From a virus (Duplodnaviria > Caudoviricetes): 26,167 nt of DNA. Under the pieces are notes generated by a model, which had not been told where the DNA came from, did no database searches, and saw only the letters and a program-made list of their open reading frames with translations. The DNA is taken from IMG/VR virus record IMGVR_UViG_3300048575_000498, positions 1 to 26,167 of that record; one strand, written 5' to 3'. Positions within the stretch are counted from its first letter, which is position 1. Each line of letters begins with the position of its first letter. The position numbers were made by a program, and so were the translations under genes. This document shows positions 16,071 through 24,127 of this stretch, piece by piece.

Positions 16071-16442
16071 ATCAGTCAGGTCGTTCAGCTTCCAGAAGGC
16101 CGTCCATACCTGCATCAATTCGGCGGGGGATAGTCTGTCACGAATGACCGCAATATCCACATCCATGATGGTGGCCATGATCTCTATGGCCTTGCCGGGT
16201 ACAACGGAAAGCAGTCGAACGGCCAGTGCCCGGAAATCTTCCGACGTCAACACGGTGAGCTGCGCCAGGATATCGCCCGGCTTCATTCCGGGGAAAGCGT
16301 CCTCTATCAGGTCCATGAGGATCCCGCCAATGCGTTCCATGGCATCCAGGTATTTGCCGACCGGCATTTTCTTTATTTCAACACCGCACACCATCTGCGA
16401 CACGGGTCGGGATGTTCGGATGCTTTTATCTCTTCCAAACAT
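15948..16442 (-). CDS. Tail assembly chaperone (gpG-like)
   Basis: Between the major tail and tape measure genes. The AGGAGG RBS supports a start at 16442. Confidence 0.8.
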   Translation of the reverse strand: MFGRDKSIRTSRPVSQMVCGVEIKKMPVGKYLDAMERIGGILMDLIEDAFPGMKPGDILAQLTVLTSEDFRALAVRLLSVVPGKAIEIMATIMDVDIAVIRDRLSPAELMQVWTAFWKLNDLTDFFMNVRSAVLPMLRTTTKKASIGSSGSQPPVSQSESASRK

Positions 16443-16465
16443 TGCTTTTCCTCCTACAAAGTCAG

Positions 16466-16494
16466 GCGGCGGCGCCCATGTTGGACACCGCCGC
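16466..16494 (-). terminator. GC-rich hairpin between the major tail and chaperone genes (attenuator or stabiliser)
   Basis: Minus strand GCGGCGGTGTCCA-ACA-TGGGCGCCGCCGC, with only a weak U tract after it. Confidence 0.5.
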
Positions 16495-16510
16495 AATTGT
16501 CATGCCGCTA

Positions 16511-17287
16511 TTACACGGACCAGGTAGCCGTAAGGGTAACAGCCGCAGCGGGCATGGTGACCGCGTGACTCTCGTCGTAGGTGTTTGTGCCGTCGCTCCA
16601 GCCAAGGAAGGTCTTGCCGGTCTTGACGAAGGTATTGGCAGCGGTGATAAGCGTTTCTCCAACGCACAGGGCAGCCTGCACGGGCGCGTCGCCGGTGGCA
16701 CCTTCTCCAGCGGCATAGGTAACGGTGTACTTGACAGTGCCCACGATGGTATCCAGCCAGGTGATAGCAGCGCCTTCTGCCACGTCTTTGATGGCGCGAA
16801 CGCGGCGATCCAGTTGGCGGCCCACACACAGGAATTCCAAGGCGTAAGTGTTGACATCGTTCGTGTTTTCCTTCACAGCCTTGTGATCAGCCTTGACGGA
16901 CTGCAATTGTGCGTCAAAATACTGATACAGCCTGTACCCACCGTTGGACAGCAGTGCGGAGAAGGACAGCGCAACATGGGGGGCTTGGTCGGTTTCAAAC
17001 TCCGACAGAACACCGTCAGCAAACGTTGCCCCGGCCAGCGCAGCAATATTGGCCAACTCCATTTCATTGACCACGATGGACAGGGTGGTGTCGGTCCAAT
17101 CGGAACCGGTCTTGTAGTATCCATCGTCGCCGGGGATTTTGAACGATGCCTTGTTGTCAACCGGAGAACAGGACCGTGTGCCAACAAGCCGAATACCAGT
17201 AGCCGCGACCACATAGGACGCCAATGTATTGGTCGTGTGCGGGAAGTATTTCAGGTTGGAAAAGCCTTTCAATGCGATATCAGGCAT
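16511..17287 (-). CDS. Major tail tube protein with a C-terminal InlB B-repeat (Flg_new)-like domain
   Basis: Position after the neck genes. The C-terminus reads YTVTY..GEGATG.AP.......TF.KTGKTFLGW.....Y.....VTMPAA.VTLTATW. Confidence 0.85.
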   Translation of the reverse strand: MPDIALKGFSNLKYFPHTTNTLASYVVAATGIRLVGTRSCSPVDNKASFKIPGDDGYYKTGSDWTDTTLSIVVNEMELANIAALAGATFADGVLSEFETDQAPHVALSFSALLSNGGYRLYQYFDAQLQSVKADHKAVKENTNDVNTYALEFLCVGRQLDRRVRAIKDVAEGAAITWLDTIVGTVKYTVTYAAGEGATGDAPVQAALCVGETLITAANTFVKTGKTFLGWSDGTNTYDESHAVTMPAAAVTLTATWSV

Positions 17288-17300
17288 CAAGAATCACTCC

Positions 17301-17666
17301 TTATGTTTTGCCCCATAGGGCGATTTCGGAATAGTAGGTCACCGTGGTTTCGGTTCGGTCCATCGGCCGGGGGAATCTCCTGGGGCGGCCGATGACCGCG
17401 CCAGGGTAAGTGAGGGGAATAGGGGTTTCGTTCGTGCCGCTGTCCAGCAGTGTAGTGATGGCCTGGCATACGGCGCGGGCCTGATCGGCATCGTACCGCC
17501 GGACGCGCACCTGCGCGTACCTGGTGCTTGTACCATCAGTGATAGGTGGGCCGGTGTGATCCCAGCAAAAAAGCCCGATGATTTCATCAGGCTCGGCAGG
17601 AATGAAGTCGGTAAAGATGTTAGTGTAACTCTTGGTTTCCAGGAAGGTTTTCACGGCGGCAAGCAA
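17301..17666 (-). CDS. Tail terminator / minor capsid-type neck protein
   Basis: Size, position and the IF.DF.P.EPD..I...QVRVR pattern. TTG start after a GGGGGTGG RBS. Confidence 0.75.
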   Translation of the reverse strand: MLAAVKTFLETKSYTNIFTDFIPAEPDEIIGLFCWDHTGPPITDGTSTRYAQVRVRRYDADQARAVCQAITTLLDSGTNETPIPLTYPGAVIGRPRRFPRPMDRTETTVTYYSEIALWGKT

Positions 17667-18065
17667 TCAACCACCCCCAAAGAGCTTGGAAAGTTCGGCA
17701 CCAAGCTGATCGCGCATGTTTTCGGCTTTTTCAAGCATTTCTTTTTCCAGATACTTCGCTTCACCGCCTAACGGGTGGTCAAACTCGACGTGCTCATGCT
17801 GAACGGCAGCGTATGGCTCGGGGAAATGCACGCTGCCTACAACCTGGTCGACCTGGGCTTCCACCTCATCGTAGGCTGTTCCACGCAGCGTTCCGGTTTC
17901 AATGGGAGCACGCTCAGCAGCGCCTTCGTGGATGTCTGATACGATATCTTGCATGCTATCCGCCGTCACATCAGACTGTTTTGATATGATCTGTCCAATT
18001 CGCGCTGTGACATCCGCCAGCCCTTTGAGGTATTGACCATCGGGCACCGCTTGAAGTGTTGCCAT
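17667..18065 (-). CDS. HK97 gp10-like tail completion/neck protein
   Basis: APIETGTLR...PYAAVQHE....HP.GG.AKYLE motifs. Confidence 0.8.
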   Translation of the reverse strand: MATLQAVPDGQYLKGLADVTARIGQIISKQSDVTADSMQDIVSDIHEGAAERAPIETGTLRGTAYDEVEAQVDQVVGSVHFPEPYAAVQHEHVEFDHPLGGEAKYLEKEMLEKAENMRDQLGAELSKLFGGG

Positions 18066-18382
18066 TATAGCCTCGCCTCCCTGTGATCGATGCCGCTGAA
18101 TAGGCTGCGCTTTTCAGGCACATATTGCACCGGCCATTCCCGGGCGCCGTAAATGATCAGGTCGCCGGTGGCCACAACGGCAGCGGTGCGAAGGACGCCT
18201 TCGGAAACAAATTGCTGGCCGTCAGCCTTTGTGATCAACTTTCGGGAAAACTCCAGGCGTCCCTTGATGATGGCTGGGTCTTGGCCACGCGGGGGATTGT
18301 AGGTCTTCGTTCCACCGGCGTTGGTGCCGGTCAGGTGGCGTATCTGTATATCATCCGTGAACAGGTAATCAAATACACTCAC
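18065..18382 (-). CDS. Head closure / head-tail joining protein
   Basis: 105 aa, beta-rich, translationally coupled between the adaptor and gp10-like genes. Confidence 0.7.
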   Translation of the reverse strand: MSVFDYLFTDDIQIRHLTGTNAGGTKTYNPPRGQDPAIIKGRLEFSRKLITKADGQQFVSEGVLRTAAVVATGDLIIYGAREWPVQYVPEKRSLFSGIDHREARL

Positions 18383-18792
18383 CTGATGCTCACCCCGCTC
18401 CCGGTTTGTTTGGTGTAGCGCCGCAAGAGGGCAAGGGCCTGCGGGCTGTTGATAATGGCCACTGGGAAGCCGTGCGCATCTGTGTAGGATTCCGATGCCC
18501 CGCCAATACTGATTGCTTTTACGCCCTGCTGCTGGGCTCGCTTGCGAGATTCTGTTTCAGGCCGGGTCAACTCCAGGGCCTCCAGGCAACAAGCGTTTTT
18601 TATGTCGGTCGGTATGGTTTCGGGTGTGTATGACTCCACCCAGCCGCCCCTGGACACCGCATAGGCATCCAGGGAGTCGCCGGCAGATTGTAGGGCGGCT
18701 TCCTTGATCGGGTCGGACAGCGCCGCCCAGGCCGTGCCCGTCAGCCGGGCAGCATGGTATGCATCAGCGATGGTTTTATCAGCGTACAGCAT
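18379..18792 (-). CDS. Head-tail adaptor (connector) protein
   Basis: Start reassigned to ATG 18792 after a GAAAGGAG RBS. Pattern YA....ADAY...W..L....KEAAL..A...LD...IP.DIK.ACC.EAL...GVK.ISIG..SESY. Confidence 0.8.
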   Translation of the reverse strand: MLYADKTIADAYHAARLTGTAWAALSDPIKEAALQSAGDSLDAYAVSRGGWVESYTPETIPTDIKNACCLEALELTRPETESRKRAQQQGVKAISIGGASESYTDAHGFPVAIINSPQALALLRRYTKQTGSGVSIR

Positions 18793-18814
18793 GACGGGCA
18801 CTCCTTTCAGGCGA

Positions 18815-20110
18815 TTAGGCGGCGGCGATGATCGCGATGGAGTTGGAGTACACAACGCCCGCAGCGGTACCGGATGCAGTGACCTTGCAGCGCAGGAACT
18901 TGCCAACGTTGGCCACAAGCGGGGTGACTGTCGCGCTGGTGGCGCCGGAGATATCGGAGTAGGTGCCCAGTGCGGTAGCGGCCACCTGCCACTGATAGGC
19001 GAGGGTAGCGGCAGATGCGGGCGTACCGGTGTAAGTGACAGCCAGAGCGTCGGTTTCATCATTGACCTGTACGTTCCCGGAGAGAACAACGCCAGACAAC
19101 AGAGGCAGTACTTCGGCGGTAGGCACGGCAGTCTCAATGTATACCTTCTTGCCGCTCTTGGGTTTGACAAAACTGGGATTGATGTTGCTGATCTTGGCGT
19201 GATACCATTCAGGGCCGTGGTCAAGTCCCAATTGGCCGTAGATCTGATAGGTATCGCCTGCGCCGGTCTTGGCCATAAGCTCACGGAAGAAGTTGCCTTT
19301 GCCGGGCACAGGCTGTTCAATGCGGCCAATCACAGCGGGGTTGAACAGGCCGATGGTGCCGGCGGGAAGGAACTCGCCCAAGTACAGGTTCACCAGGCCC
19401 AACGGGGTCAGGACGGATGAAAGCTTGATACCGTTCATGTCGCGGGCGGCGGGAACGATGGTCAAATCGTTGGCCTGTGCGTCGGCGTTCAGTTGATACA
19501 TAGATACGGCATCCATCCACAGTACCAGGCCGTTCAGCGTGCCGTTGGCCTCATACACCAGCTTCATCAGGTCCGCCACATCCCACAGTGTCAGCGGACG
19601 GCCGTCCAGGTCCATCAGATTGGACGTGATGGCAGCAAGCATACCGCGGGTTTTATTGATTTCGGTAGAAGCTGCAGCCTTGTTATACACACCGCGAATG
19701 AAGGTGTACTCAATGTCGCGGGCAATCTTGTCCATCTTTGCCGCTACCTGAAAATCAATCTCGCTGATGGGGTTGGCCTGCTGACCGGCGGCATTCAGGC
19801 CGGAAAGCGTGCCCATATTGGACTGCTTGGCATAGCTGTCACCAACAGTCTCCTGGAAAATTTGCGTTACGTTGGTCTTTTGGGACCGCGTAACGTGAGA
19901 TGCGGCAGGAGCTGTCAGGGAAGCGGTTTCGCTGATAGCCGGCTGTGCGCCACCTTCAGTCGCGTATTCCTGGCCAGTAACAAACTCCACATGGTTGGTC
20001 TGCTTAGCGTTGGCCGCAATCATGGAAGAGAACGGGGTGCGGGTGTTGCCTTTGTTGAACAACATACCGGAATAATTGAGAACATCGGACGTTACGATTC
20101 CAGCGGGCAT
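18815..20110 (-). CDS. Major capsid protein (SU10-MCP/DUF5309-like) with an in-frame C-terminal Ig-like domain
   Basis: TPFSSMI...TNVTQIFQE...FQVA.K..KIARDIEYTFI.G...QIYGQ.GLDHGPEWYH.KI, followed by an extension of about 100 aa containing YQWQ...ISGATS.T......VGK.LRC.VTA. Confidence 0.9.
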   Translation of the reverse strand: MPAGIVTSDVLNYSGMLFNKGNTRTPFSSMIAANAKQTNHVEFVTGQEYATEGGAQPAISETASLTAPAASHVTRSQKTNVTQIFQETVGDSYAKQSNMGTLSGLNAAGQQANPISEIDFQVAAKMDKIARDIEYTFIRGVYNKAAASTEINKTRGMLAAITSNLMDLDGRPLTLWDVADLMKLVYEANGTLNGLVLWMDAVSMYQLNADAQANDLTIVPAARDMNGIKLSSVLTPLGLVNLYLGEFLPAGTIGLFNPAVIGRIEQPVPGKGNFFRELMAKTGAGDTYQIYGQLGLDHGPEWYHAKISNINPSFVKPKSGKKVYIETAVPTAEVLPLLSGVVLSGNVQVNDETDALAVTYTGTPASAATLAYQWQVAATALGTYSDISGATSATVTPLVANVGKFLRCKVTASGTAAGVVYSNSIAIIAAA

Positions 20111-20123
20111 GAAATATCACTCC

Positions 20124-20675
20124 TTATTTTTTAGTTGCTTGTTCCGCCTGCTGGCGGATAAGGGATGCCACGAGCGGCATGTTACCGGTTTCGCGTGCAG
20201 CATCGATCTGCTGCTGTATGCCGGTAGCAGTAGCACCGCCCGGTGGCGGGTTGAATCCTGGGTTGGTTGCCGCGGGGGGCGGGGTCTGCTGCTGGGCATC
20301 GTCAAAGAACTCGCCAAAGTCGGTTTTGATCTTGGCAAGCTGTTCCTTTAGGTCTTTCGTATGGTCCAGTTTGTCATAGACCTGATCAAAGAACTTGCCT
20401 TTGACACCTTTGAAGTCTTCGCTTGCGCGTGCTTCGGTGCGCTTTTTGAAGCCTTCATGCGTCTCCTGCAGCTTGATGTAGTCCGGGTGCTTGGTGATGT
20501 CTGGTGCGGTTTTCTTTGCTTCATCGAGCGCCTTTGTTACTGCATCGGCGGCGGCCTTGTCGGCATCGGATTTGGTGAAGTAACCTTCCAAGATTTCGTC
20601 ACGGCTGCCCATGATGGCATCGATGTGCTCCTTGGGTACGCCCAAGTCAGCAAGGATTTTTCTGGTAAGTGGCAT
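20124..20675 (-). CDS. Capsid scaffolding protein
   Basis: The AAAGGAGG RBS supports a start at 20675 (MPLTRKILADLG...IDAIM). Charged and helical with a Pro/Gly-rich NPP tail, directly before the capsid gene. Confidence 0.85.
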   Translation of the reverse strand: MPLTRKILADLGVPKEHIDAIMGSRDEILEGYFTKSDADKAAADAVTKALDEAKKTAPDITKHPDYIKLQETHEGFKKRTEARASEDFKGVKGKFFDQVYDKLDHTKDLKEQLAKIKTDFGEFFDDAQQQTPPPAATNPGFNPPPGGATATGIQQQIDAARETGNMPLVASLIRQQAEQATKK

Positions 20676-20757
20676 TTTACGTCCTCCTTTTACGCCCGTA
20701 GACGGTGGGCGAATTGTGGCAGATAACGCACTGCCGGGCGAGTGATTTTGCATATGT

Positions 20758-20788
20758 AAAAAGCGCCTGCCCTCTCGGGTGGCGCTTG
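20758..20788 (-). terminator. Intrinsic terminator after the putative immunity gene
   Basis: Minus strand AAGCGCC-ACCC-GAGA-GGG-CA-GGCGCTT followed by TTT. Confidence 0.65.
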
Positions 20789-20802
20789 ATGACATAAACA
20801 GA

Positions 20803-21024
20803 TTATTTAGTTATTGACAACGCTTCAGCTTCGCTGATCGGTTCAAGAAGCTCCATGACGCTTGAACTGCCAACCCGGTCTGCCTCGTAACCAATGATGC
20901 GATCCATCAGAATATGATCCTTATCAGGGACCCAACCTTTTCCGGACTGAAAAATGGAGCAATCAAACATGCTGTCCTGCCGGCCAATTATTCCTTTGTC
21001 CTTTATCCGGTAGTAATTTGACAT
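20803..21024 (-). CDS. Putative immunity protein for the MuF toxin domain (IapK-like by position)
   Basis: 73 aa, starting 1 nt after the toxin stop. N-terminal YYR, a central W..D and a C-terminal EPISEAEA. Lower GC, like the toxin domain. Confidence 0.65.
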   Translation of the reverse strand: MSNYYRIKDKGIIGRQDSMFDCSIFQSGKGWVPDKDHILMDRIIGYEADRVGSSSVMELLEPISEAEALSITK

Positions 21025-21025
21025 G

Positions 21026-22621
21026 TTATTTCACCCTTTCAATGCCTTCAGGTCGAGTAAGAGAATCAGACAAGCGTTGCATTGCTGTTTCCAGTGGCCT
21101 GCGCTCCGGATTGCCTATGGGCAACACACGCCATTGCTCGTACAGCTTATGCATTTCGCCGTTTTTGAGTTCAAAGCTTTCAGGCGTGTGATACTGCATT
21201 TCGAACTTTTGCCCATTTGGTGCTGTAATTGTTGTGTTTACACCCTTATAAGGGTTCATGGGGTTGAGCCAAGTGTTCTTGATCTCAATTGTATTATATC
21301 CGTTTTGGGAAAAGGTGTCAATCGAAGCAAGGGCTTTGTCTGCAAGCGATTTTGGGGAAGCTGTAAGGGTATACCGTACAATATCCTTAACCTCGTACTC
21401 ATTCCCATCAGGACTGTAATTGGCTTCAACCTTGCGAATGTATGAATCCTGGCTCTTGATTCGATATTCTAGGCCCGCAGGCTTCATGCCAACCATGTGC
21501 GCCGTCTGCTTCACTGCGCGGGTAATTTCCGGCTCATTTGCAACGGCGCGATTATAATACCCCATAGCTTTATACTTGGCTTGCAGCTTACCCCAGTTCT
21601 CACCGTCAGCGGATTTCATGGCTCGGAAGCCGCTGAAAGTCTTTGGCGCATTATCTCCAAGGCGGGCTTTGTACTTCTCCCACTGCTTTCGGTCCCGCAG
21701 CCGTTCGGACAGCTTCTTTTGTGCGGCGTTGTATCGGTTGATTTCAGCCTCGCCGCGCGGATCGGTGTCGAAGGGCTTGCCAGCACTCTGAAGCGCTGCC
21801 TGCTTCTCCTGCTCGGTCTTCTGCCCCCACACATAGGGCAGCAATCTATGAGCACAATTCGGATGCACCGTCTTGTACGTTGGCCATCGGGGCATACCCT
21901 GGGCGATGAAAGGGAATGCCTGCCGTTCATCTCCAGGTTGGAAGTCTTTCAACCTGTACACCCGGCCCTGACGGGGTGCGCAGATCTTGCAGGTGGTGCT
22001 ATGGGCACTCATCTTCACCAGGTACTCGCCCATCTCGGTCATCTGATTGATCGTGCCGGTGTTGGTGGCCTCTGCCGTTGTGGTCCTGGCCACCAACTCT
22101 GCGTAACTGTCCACCCGCATGCTGCCCCGACCATTGCGCCAGGGAACGGTGAAGAACTTTTCGTCAATGAGGACCTTCTGCATTTCCTTGTTCATCTGAT
22201 TCCAGGTGAGGTTTTCACCAAACTTACGGGTGGTCATAAATAGCCCGATTTCCCGGACGGTATCAGCGGCCTGCCGGGCAATCAGGTTATTGGTGATGAA
22301 TAGGTAGCCCTGCGTGTTATGCACCAGCATCTCAATAGCTCGGGTGTGCATACCCGTAAACGCGCTATAGGCAGGCATGACGGCAGTGGGGGAGATGATC
22401 TTGTATGCATCCATGGCACCGCCGATAAACGATTCCTGTACTGCTGCCTGGGTCCATTCCTTTACGGTTTTGTTTAACCTGCCAATCTCCACGTCAATGG
22501 CATCCAGCAGGGCACGTTCCTGATCAGCGCTGCGGCCCCAGAATACCCGGCGCTTGATCTCTTTGATAAGGCGATCCCGGCTGGACATGTAGGCGCTGAT
22601 TAGCTTCTCGGCGTAGGTCAT
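21026..22621 (-). CDS. Minor capsid (MuF / Phage_min_cap2-type) protein with a C-terminal RelA/SpoT-fold nucleotidyltransferase toxin domain (Apk2-like)
   Basis: N-terminal part: VDSYAELVARTT, H.TTC.IC.P.QGRVY and HPNC.H. C-terminal ~180 aa: R387 RIKSQDSYIRK, D413 DIVRYT, Y458 YKGVN and E474 EMQYHT. Confidence 0.85.
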   Translation of the reverse strand: MTYAEKLISAYMSSRDRLIKEIKRRVFWGRSADQERALLDAIDVEIGRLNKTVKEWTQAAVQESFIGGAMDAYKIISPTAVMPAYSAFTGMHTRAIEMLVHNTQGYLFITNNLIARQAADTVREIGLFMTTRKFGENLTWNQMNKEMQKVLIDEKFFTVPWRNGRGSMRVDSYAELVARTTTAEATNTGTINQMTEMGEYLVKMSAHSTTCKICAPRQGRVYRLKDFQPGDERQAFPFIAQGMPRWPTYKTVHPNCAHRLLPYVWGQKTEQEKQAALQSAGKPFDTDPRGEAEINRYNAAQKKLSERLRDRKQWEKYKARLGDNAPKTFSGFRAMKSADGENWGKLQAKYKAMGYYNRAVANEPEITRAVKQTAHMVGMKPAGLEYRIKSQDSYIRKVEANYSPDGNEYEVKDIVRYTLTASPKSLADKALASIDTFSQNGYNTIEIKNTWLNPMNPYKGVNTTITAPNGQKFEMQYHTPESFELKNGEMHKLYEQWRVLPIGNPERRPLETAMQRLSDSLTRPEGIERVK

Positions 22622-24120
22622 ACACCTTCATCAACTCCATCCTGTTTATCGTCTTCAGTAGGTTCATCAGGCTCTTTGCTGGGCTCCAGCATTGCCGCCA
22701 TAGCCGCCGCCTGCTCGTCCAGGATGACTTCCAACTCTTCTTCGGCGTCTTCCTCGGACATCTCGTCCAACTCCATGATGGCCCGTTTGGTACTCTGCGT
22801 CTGCTTGCTGCCGGTACGCATGTTGGCAATTTCGGCCATCTCCTTGGGGTCACGGGGTAGGGGATCAGGCCAGTCGATGGAAATAGACTTGCCCACAAGG
22901 CTTGTCCCTGACACTTGGCTGGCCAGAAGCAGCGCTTTCTTGATAGCCGCCGCGAAGTTGTTTCGCAGGCGGGCAATTTTACTGATTGCGTTGTACAGCA
23001 TCCGGCGCATTGCCGCCCCGGAAGGGATGGCGCCGGACTTGTCAGACAGGTCCGACAGTAAAGAGCCCATACCCGATATGACGCGGATCAGCTCGATCAC
23101 CTTTTCGATGTACTTATAATTGGCCTCAAGCTCGGCGTCCCAGGTGATGTACTCGATCTTCCCTTGGGTCGCTCCGGCTTGATTGACAAAATACTGCCCA
23201 GGGATAAACGTCTTTTGAACATTGCCGTCTGCGTCCGTGGTGATCTGCAATGCGTCTTCCGGCCCCTGCATCGTGGGGTTGGTGTGCCGGTCCAGCACGG
23301 TGGCGATCTGCGCCATGCGCACTTCCAACTCACACACCAGAGCTTGAATATCAGCATAATCATCGAAGCCATGCACCCGATCAGATGTGCGCAGGTTAGG
23401 CACGGGGATTACCGAAAAGTCGGTCATGCCGGTTTGAACGATGCGCTTTTTTCCCGGTGTTTCGGTTACAAGCTCTCCGATCCTGCCGCCGTACAGCTTG
23501 TGATCGCGTATCTCATAGCTGCCTTTGCTGTGGATCTCAATGCGCAGGTACTGTTCCGGAGGCACGCCAACCACTGATGAAGTGCTGTTGACCACGTAAG
23601 GGGTAGCCAGCACATGGTACTGCACGCGGCGGATGTTCGCACCGTCCACGACTGGGTACCATACGTCGGGCCTGGACAGGTCAATGATGCCTTTCCCGCC
23701 TTCATCACGCACCAGAAGAAGGCCGTCGCCGAACCGGCTGACATCCAGGGCACATGTGTACAGCGTGTCTTGCAGGGCACTGCGTTCGGTTATGTCCTGT
23801 GCTGCAAGCATAGCGGGCGTATCGTTTTTGTCGCCTGCCACAATACCTGGGATCTTGTTGAATAGCAGCCCGGCAGTAGACACGCTGATCAGCTTGGGGA
23901 AGTTGACAACCACCTCATACGACACTGCCGGCGTAGGGATGCCCGAATCTGCTGCCTCGCGCATGATTCGCTTGAATGCTTCCGCAAACACACCATTGTT
24001 GATCCCGGCATGTTCGGCCTCGAACAATTTGCGGTTGTCGATATATGTCTGCATGCGGTCCTGTTCGCTCACGGGCGGCCAGGCAGCGCCGGTCTGAATA
24101 AATGTCAAATCAGTCAACAT
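22618..24120 (-). CDS. Portal protein (SPP1 gp6-like)
   Basis: 500 aa, after TerL. Contains N..KLIS...A.LLF, G.DDY.DI, IEYITWD, SGAAMRR and I.WPD.LPRD motifs, with an acidic tail. Confidence 0.92.
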   Translation of the reverse strand: MLTDLTFIQTGAAWPPVSEQDRMQTYIDNRKLFEAEHAGINNGVFAEAFKRIMREAADSGIPTPAVSYEVVVNFPKLISVSTAGLLFNKIPGIVAGDKNDTPAMLAAQDITERSALQDTLYTCALDVSRFGDGLLLVRDEGGKGIIDLSRPDVWYPVVDGANIRRVQYHVLATPYVVNSTSSVVGVPPEQYLRIEIHSKGSYEIRDHKLYGGRIGELVTETPGKKRIVQTGMTDFSVIPVPNLRTSDRVHGFDDYADIQALVCELEVRMAQIATVLDRHTNPTMQGPEDALQITTDADGNVQKTFIPGQYFVNQAGATQGKIEYITWDAELEANYKYIEKVIELIRVISGMGSLLSDLSDKSGAIPSGAAMRRMLYNAISKIARLRNNFAAAIKKALLLASQVSGTSLVGKSISIDWPDPLPRDPKEMAEIANMRTGSKQTQSTKRAIMELDEMSEEDAEEELEVILDEQAAAMAAMLEPSKEPDEPTEDDKQDGVDEGV

Positions 24121-24127
24121 AAAAAAG

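Noticed and set aside
18793-19329. N-terminal 179 aa of the 316-aa ORF 18379..19329, as a possible capsid-adaptor frameshift fusion
   Set aside because: It overlaps the capsid gene out of frame with Pro/Arg/Ser-rich shadow composition, I found no slippery site, and a strong RBS defines the start at 18792.
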